A stretch of DNA of 64,000 nt, taken from the IMG/VR virus record IMGVR_UViG_3300025372_000010, positions 32,001 to 96,000 of that record. One strand, given 5' to 3'. The position numbers and the translations under genes were made by a program. Each line of letters opens with the position of its first letter. Within the stretch, counting starts at the first letter, position 1. This stretch comes from a virus (lineage: Duplodnaviria > Caudoviricetes). Shown here in pieces: positions 59,584-64,000 of the stretch. A model generated the notes under the pieces. That model searched no databases. It was not told the origin of the DNA and was given only the letters and a program-made list of their open reading frames with translations.

Positions 59584-59614
59584 CGAAACTTAAACTCTAT
59601 GGACTTAGATAGTT

Positions 59615-59833
59615 ATGACAAGAAACAAACACAAACGCTTAGTATTTTTCAAAGAGACATCTCTGATGTTGGCAATGTTCTTTCTACCATTTGGCTACGA
59701 TGCCTTGTTCAAATGGATTATGGATCTTACAGGAAGTTATTGGGCCGCAGATGCAGTCTTTTATTCTATTTCAGGGCTATTCTTTTTGTCTTATATATTA
59801 TTAAGCAGATCCTTAACTAAACATTACAAATGA
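59615..59833 (+). CDS. Small two-TM membrane protein
   Basis: 'AMFFLPFGYDALF..IM..TGSYW.AD..FY'; ATGA overlap with the next gene. Confidence 0.6.
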   Translation: MTRNKHKRLVFFKETSLMLAMFFLPFGYDALFKWIMDLTGSYWAADAVFYSISGLFFLSYILLSRSLTKHYK

Positions 59834-60549
59834 AATATCTTATTGTATTAATAGCACTATGTTTTGTAACTGTAATAAAGTGTCATGGTCAAATAGCTAA
59901 GACCTCTACAGAGAACTATAAAGCTAGTTTTGAGAAGTCAATCGACATCTCTCAGTTTATGGACTATGACGGTCCACAGATTCCTATACAGATACTAAAG
60001 TGTGGAATTAATGATGAGATGTATGAGATGTATCCTGAGCTTAAAGAAAAGCGTGTAGGACTTGGTGTAGCTAACATCTCTATGGAATATTTAGAGAATC
60101 TTAATAGATTCAAGTTTACTGAGGATAAAACAGAGATAAAGAACCGTATGGTTAAGCAGTTTCAAGCTAGCCAAGCAGGTATCTCTGAAAATAAGCTAGA
60201 TGGTCGTGGTAAGATCAATCTAGCTAAATACTTTGTTACTATAGAATGCTATGACTATTCTGTATCAGAAGATGAAACAGTATCAGCTAAGCTATCTACA
60301 AGCCAGTTAATGGTCACTAGGATCGGTTTACAGGTCAGATTTACTGACGCTGAGACTGGTGTAGTTTTTTCTGGATCTGGCCTTGGTGAGGCTAAAACCA
60401 CTAAAGAAACATCAGGATTATCTGACGCTAGTCTAGATCCTGTTAAATTTAATCAATCGACCATATCTATTGCTACAAAGAAGGCTTTGGATATAGCTTG
60501 TTCTCGTATATTGGATAGAATGGTAAAGAAAGGAATCTTTACTAAGTAA
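59830..60549 (+). CDS. CsgG-like (curli secretion channel fold) protein
   Basis: Signal peptide; 'GLGVANI..EYL..NRF...E', 'AKYFVT', 'IGLQVRFTDAETG..FSGSG.G' pattern. Confidence 0.65.
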   Translation: MKYLIVLIALCFVTVIKCHGQIAKTSTENYKASFEKSIDISQFMDYDGPQIPIQILKCGINDEMYEMYPELKEKRVGLGVANISMEYLENLNRFKFTEDKTEIKNRMVKQFQASQAGISENKLDGRGKINLAKYFVTIECYDYSVSEDETVSAKLSTSQLMVTRIGLQVRFTDAETGVVFSGSGLGEAKTTKETSGLSDASLDPVKFNQSTISIATKKALDIACSRILDRMVKKGIFTK

Positions 60550-61940
60550 TGAAACAGTTTATATTATCACTAATACTAGTAGTAATACTACCAATATATG
60601 CGTTCTCACAAACCATTGTACAAGTTTTTCAAGATCCCTGTACAAAGATTACTAGTACTTTTGTCATACCTGTTAGTGGTAGGACTACTATTGTGTTCTA
60701 TAATAAGTCAAGGAGCTTTTCTGCTGCTGACGTGGCCAGCGGTGCTTTTCAAACGTGGATTAACCAAGTATATGAAGACTATAAAGCCTATTCTCCTTGT
60801 TCTGTTTCTCAAGTGTCATCAACTGCTACACAAGTTACAGCCTCTGCTGTATCCTCTGCAGTAAGTACTGCTGTATCTGCTGCAACATCTGCAGCTGCAA
60901 GTGCGGCTGTAAGTTCAGCTACTGCCGGTGCAGCCTCAGCAGCCACATCTAGTGCTGCTTCTTCTGCAGCAAGTTCAGCTGCAGGCTCAGCTGCTTCTAG
61001 TTCTGCAAGTAGCTCTGCCACCAGTTCATCGGCCTCCACCTCTTCTGGGGGAAGTACTTCTGAATCTAGTAGCAGCAGCTCATCAAGCAGCTCGTCACAA
61101 AGTGAGGGTAATTCTTCCTCCTCTTCTTCAGATAGTAAGGGTAGTTCCTCTTCATCATCTGATTCTAAGTCTGAATCTAAATCAGAATCTAAGTCTGAAA
61201 GTAAATCTGAGAGCAAATCTTCTAGTAAAGAGTCTAAAAAAGACTCTAAGTCTAGTAATAAGTCTCAGGCTAAAATGAATCCTATTATATTCAACTCTGA
61301 TCTCACAGGAGGCCAGAATATGGATAAGTCTATTGCTTTGGTTGCTAGTGGAGGTATGTCACAGTCTTCTATGACTGGAGCAGACTCTTGGGGCATTAGT
61401 GCTATGGCATGGAGTAATCTCCAGCAGTTTGTACTATCTAGTAGATATACTAAGATGAACTTTAATAATGGTAAGATGGAGAGTATATCCAACTGGGGAT
61501 TTACTACAGCTCTTATGTATGGTAATTTAACTAGTTTTATTACTTATGCGTATATATACCCTATGGGTAACTACGGGGTGACAGGGGCCAACTACACACT
61601 CACTTTTTCTAAATCTTCCTATCTAAAGAAAGATGGTACCTCTGATAAACAGTGGGTGCTATCTCATTCTATGATGTTCTTTTACACAAAACCTTTTAGT
61701 CTTTCTAAAAGACTCACACTTGGTCCAGAACTTTATGTTTCAGGTAGTCCGGTTACCTATAATACTAAAGAAAATATATTTGTAGAATCCCATGATATAG
61801 GATTCTTTACTGGTATCTCTGGTGATTATGCTATTACTAAGAGATTTAAGTTTAACATGGGTTTGAGAACTAGTGCTAATACTAATCCTCAAGTACCCAT
61901 GCTATTCTTTATGGTAGTAGGTTCTAAAATAAACTTATAG
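60549..61940 (+). CDS. Secreted protein with Ser/Ala-rich linker and C-terminal beta-barrel-like domain
   Basis: Signal peptide (AFS-Q); two-Cys N-domain; about 150-aa S/A/SESK linker; alternating hydrophobic strands to the C-terminus. Confidence 0.65.
   Translation: MKQFILSLILVVILPIYAFSQTIVQVFQDPCTKITSTFVIPVSGRTTIVFYNKSRSFSAADVASGAFQTWINQVYEDYKAYSPCSVSQVSSTATQVTASAVSSAVSTAVSAATSAAASAAVSSATAGAASAATSSAASSAASSAAGSAASSSASSSATSSSASTSSGGSTSESSSSSSSSSSSQSEGNSSSSSSDSKGSSSSSSDSKSESKSESKSESKSESKSSSKESKKDSKSSNKSQAKMNPIIFNSDLTGGQNMDKSIALVASGGMSQSSMTGADSWGISAMAWSNLQQFVLSSRYTKMNFNNGKMESISNWGFTTALMYGNLTSFITYAYIYPMGNYGVTGANYTLTFSKSSYLKKDGTSDKQWVLSHSMMFFYTKPFSLSKRLTLGPELYVSGSPVTYNTKENIFVESHDIGFFTGISGDYAITKRFKFNMGLRTSANTNPQVPMLFFMVVGSKINL
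60815..61265 (+). repeat. Low-complexity Ser/Ala and (SESK)n coding repeats
   Basis: Degenerate 12-nt repeats, e.g. tctaagtctgaatctaaatcagaatctaagtctgaa. Confidence 0.8.
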
Positions 61941-61944
61941 TTTA

Positions 61945-63492
61945 CTATACCGTATTACCATTTGCGTCAACTTTTTTGATAGTTGACCCATTAAATATGA
62001 TTACCTGCGATGCATCAGAATACTTTTTGATAGTTTCTTTCTGAAAACTATCAAATCTAGCTCCTTGTACACCGATAAAGAAAACTCTCTCAGAGTAAAT
62101 ATTACAATGATCTTCTGCGTCAGTTAATATGATAGCATTTCTATCGTTACTTACAACTTTTTTTACAGCCTCATTGATTGTCGTACCGCCATTACAATCT
62201 AGCATAGCTAAACTAATTGTATCAGACTTATACTTCTTTACAGAGTTATTAAATACATACACTTCGTTAAGCATATCCATCTCTGCAAGCTTAACAGCGA
62301 ATGACTTTGCAAAATCGATACAGCTGATGTCGTTGTTATCTTCATCTTTTATACCAGAGCTACCAGACATAGATCCGGAAACATCGATATATAAATCAAG
62401 CTTACCAACACTCTTAGTATCTTTTACTACTATATCATCTACCATTACTTTTCTAAGCTTAGGATGTAAGAATTCATATTCTTCCAATCCAGCTATGTTA
62501 TCACTGTTAAAGATATCTTCATAGATAGTTTCTTTTCTACTAGAGAAATAGCTAGCAGATTTATCTAAAAGCTTTTTGATTCTCTCTTTAACAGAGCCCA
62601 TAGACATCTTAAGCTTGTTTAATCTTTGACTAACAGTTCTAATATAATCAGGACTTAGATTACCAGCTTCTTTACCACCAGATTTATGAGCTTCGTCAAA
62701 CATTTGTTGTTGAGTCTCTTTATCAATGCTTTCATCAATAGACTTACAAGTGTCTTGAGCATCTTTAAGCATGTCATCCATCATGTTTTTACTAAGCTGA
62801 TTGTTCATCATCTTATCTAAAGCTTCATCTATTCCTTGATTATCAAAGTCAGAACTACCTCCAAGACCTTTACCGATCTTATCAGCATCTTCTTTATCAA
62901 CATATTCCATCATAGTAAGCTGCATAGAATAATACAACATCATGTTCCTAGTAAAGATAGCAGACTTTAGAGCACTGCTCTCAGCCATAATCTTACCTAC
63001 TGGATTATTACTCTTCTCTAAAAACTTATACTTAGTATAGTTTTTATCATCTCTGTCTTCAAACTCAAGCTTCTCAATCTTAGAATAATACATCTTATAT
63101 ATATCGTTCTTTAAATGAGCTGGAATACTTCTATAAGTATCCTGTAGCTTTTTATTAAAACTAGGCCAGTCTGGTTTCTTATCTTCATCTAGTCTTTTGA
63201 ACTTTGCACTCTGAGCAAACTTGTTATAAAACTTATTTACCTCAGATTGATTAGTGACATGTGTTTTACATATACTAGATAATCTATCCTCATCTATATA
63301 ATGCATATACGGTTTAATAAGATCTGCTTTCTTATAAAAGTTAATCTTACCAAATAAACCATCGCCTTGCTTATAGTGAGTTGGGATTTCACCCTTCTTT
63401 ACTTTCTCTAATATGGTATAAACATTCTTATATTGTTTACCACCACCTGTTTGTATTCTCTCACCTGTAGTGAGACTTCTTAAGTTAGCCAT
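61945..63492 (-). CDS. VWA (MIDAS) domain protein, ViaA-like
   Basis: 'YIDVSGSM', 'NGGTTI', 'ILTDAED'. Confidence 0.85.
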   Translation of the reverse strand: MANLRSLTTGERIQTGGGKQYKNVYTILEKVKKGEIPTHYKQGDGLFGKINFYKKADLIKPYMHYIDEDRLSSICKTHVTNQSEVNKFYNKFAQSAKFKRLDEDKKPDWPSFNKKLQDTYRSIPAHLKNDIYKMYYSKIEKLEFEDRDDKNYTKYKFLEKSNNPVGKIMAESSALKSAIFTRNMMLYYSMQLTMMEYVDKEDADKIGKGLGGSSDFDNQGIDEALDKMMNNQLSKNMMDDMLKDAQDTCKSIDESIDKETQQQMFDEAHKSGGKEAGNLSPDYIRTVSQRLNKLKMSMGSVKERIKKLLDKSASYFSSRKETIYEDIFNSDNIAGLEEYEFLHPKLRKVMVDDIVVKDTKSVGKLDLYIDVSGSMSGSSGIKDEDNNDISCIDFAKSFAVKLAEMDMLNEVYVFNNSVKKYKSDTISLAMLDCNGGTTINEAVKKVVSNDRNAIILTDAEDHCNIYSERVFFIGVQGARFDSFQKETIKKYSDASQVIIFNGSTIKKVDANGNTV

Positions 63493-63520
63493 TGTCTCCT
63501 CCGTTTATTTTTTTTACGAG

Positions 63521-63575
63521 ATCCTCAAGAGAAATGATGGACGATCCGAAGACCGCCATCATTTCCTGAAGGGAT
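63521..63575 (-). other. Long RNA stem-loop with cUUCGg tetraloop
   Basis: Minus strand GAAATGATGGCGGTC-TTCG-GATCGTCCATCATTTC with an extended basal stem. Confidence 0.7.
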
Positions 63576-63597
63576 ATGTTTGTTGCTGGACCTCTGC

Positions 63598-64000
63598 TTA
63601 GAAAGAAGCATTAACTGCTCCTGATGCATCACTTTCTACTTCACTCATAAGAGCTTCAAAGTCTTCTGTAGTTGCATAGTCTTTACGTGCAGGGTGGTTC
63701 TCTAAGATATAAGCCATAGAAATCTCTATCTCTTCTACTTGAGTTTCATCCATGATACCACGAGAAGCATAAGTGTTGATCAAGCCTTCGATCTCTGCTA
63801 CAGCAAGCTCTAATTGCTCATTGTTCTGATGTGAGTGTAACATCTCCACTTTAGACATTACTGCCTTAACTTCTGGAGACATCAACTTGTTCTGTAACTC
63901 AGAACCTGCAGATTGAGATATCATAATCTGAGCAGTTTTAACTAATGCCTTATCTAAAGAGATATCCCAGATATAACTAACAGCTTTAGCTAAGCCAGGA
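63598..64000 (-). CDS. C-terminal part of probable MoxR/RavA-like AAA+ ATPase (partial)
   Basis: Frame stays open to the window edge; identity inferred only from adjacency to the VWA gene. Confidence 0.45.
   Translation of the reverse strand, partial: PGLAKAVSYIWDISLDKALVKTAQIMISQSAGSELQNKLMSPEVKAVMSKVEMLHSHQNNEQLELAVAEIEGLINTYASRGIMDETQVEEIEISMAYILENHPARKDYATTEDFEALMSEVESDASGAVNASF

Noticed and set aside
59599-59820. 73-aa ORF overlapping 59615-59833
   Set aside because: The other frame encodes a coherent two-TM protein coupled to the next gene by ATGA
60809-61278. Alternative-frame ORFs and CRISPR-like periodicity in the Ser-rich region
   Set aside because: Explained by low-complexity Ser/Ala codons; no constant repeat-spacer structure
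1-64000. Stop-codon reassignment (TAG/TGA), as in some crAss-like phages
   Set aside because: Very long ORFs are intact in code 11, and TAG/TGA end genes at sensible boundaries (e.g. 48546, 61940, 35988)
1-64000. tRNA genes, CRISPR arrays, reverse transcriptase/DGR
   Set aside because: None recognised; intergenic gaps are short and no RT motifs or template/variable repeat pairs were seen by eye (tRNAscan-SE and a repeat search would confirm)

Overview
AT-rich fragment of a crAss-like (Crassvirales-related) Bacteroidota phage genome that uses the standard genetic code. It has four blocks. (1) + strand, 1-34262: tail ring and muzzle genes, then seven large, essentially cysteine-free cargo/ejection proteins, including a 2625-aa virion RNA polymerase (RIP...DFDVD). 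(2) - strand, 34300-52990: replication and accessory genes (PolB, primase, DnaB-like helicase, PD-(D/E)XK nuclease, SSB-like protein, dNMP kinase, spore-photoproduct-lyase-like radical SAM enzyme). A Sak4-like ATPase here is split by a group I intron carrying a GIY-YIG endonuclease. (3) + strand, 53148-61940: lysis cassette (holin-like proteins, spanin-like protein, GH19 endolysin), then a seven-gene cell-envelope module (CsgG-like, cohesin/dockerin-like, lipoprotein, Ser-rich beta-barrel). (4) - strand: a VWA protein and the 3' end of a probable MoxR-type ATPase. The most striking unexplained patterns are single terminal cysteines placed head-to-tail across the three largest ejection proteins, about 30 x-x-x-G-G motifs punctuating three modular cargo proteins, and the envelope module. 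All family calls come from motif recognition by eye, not database searches.
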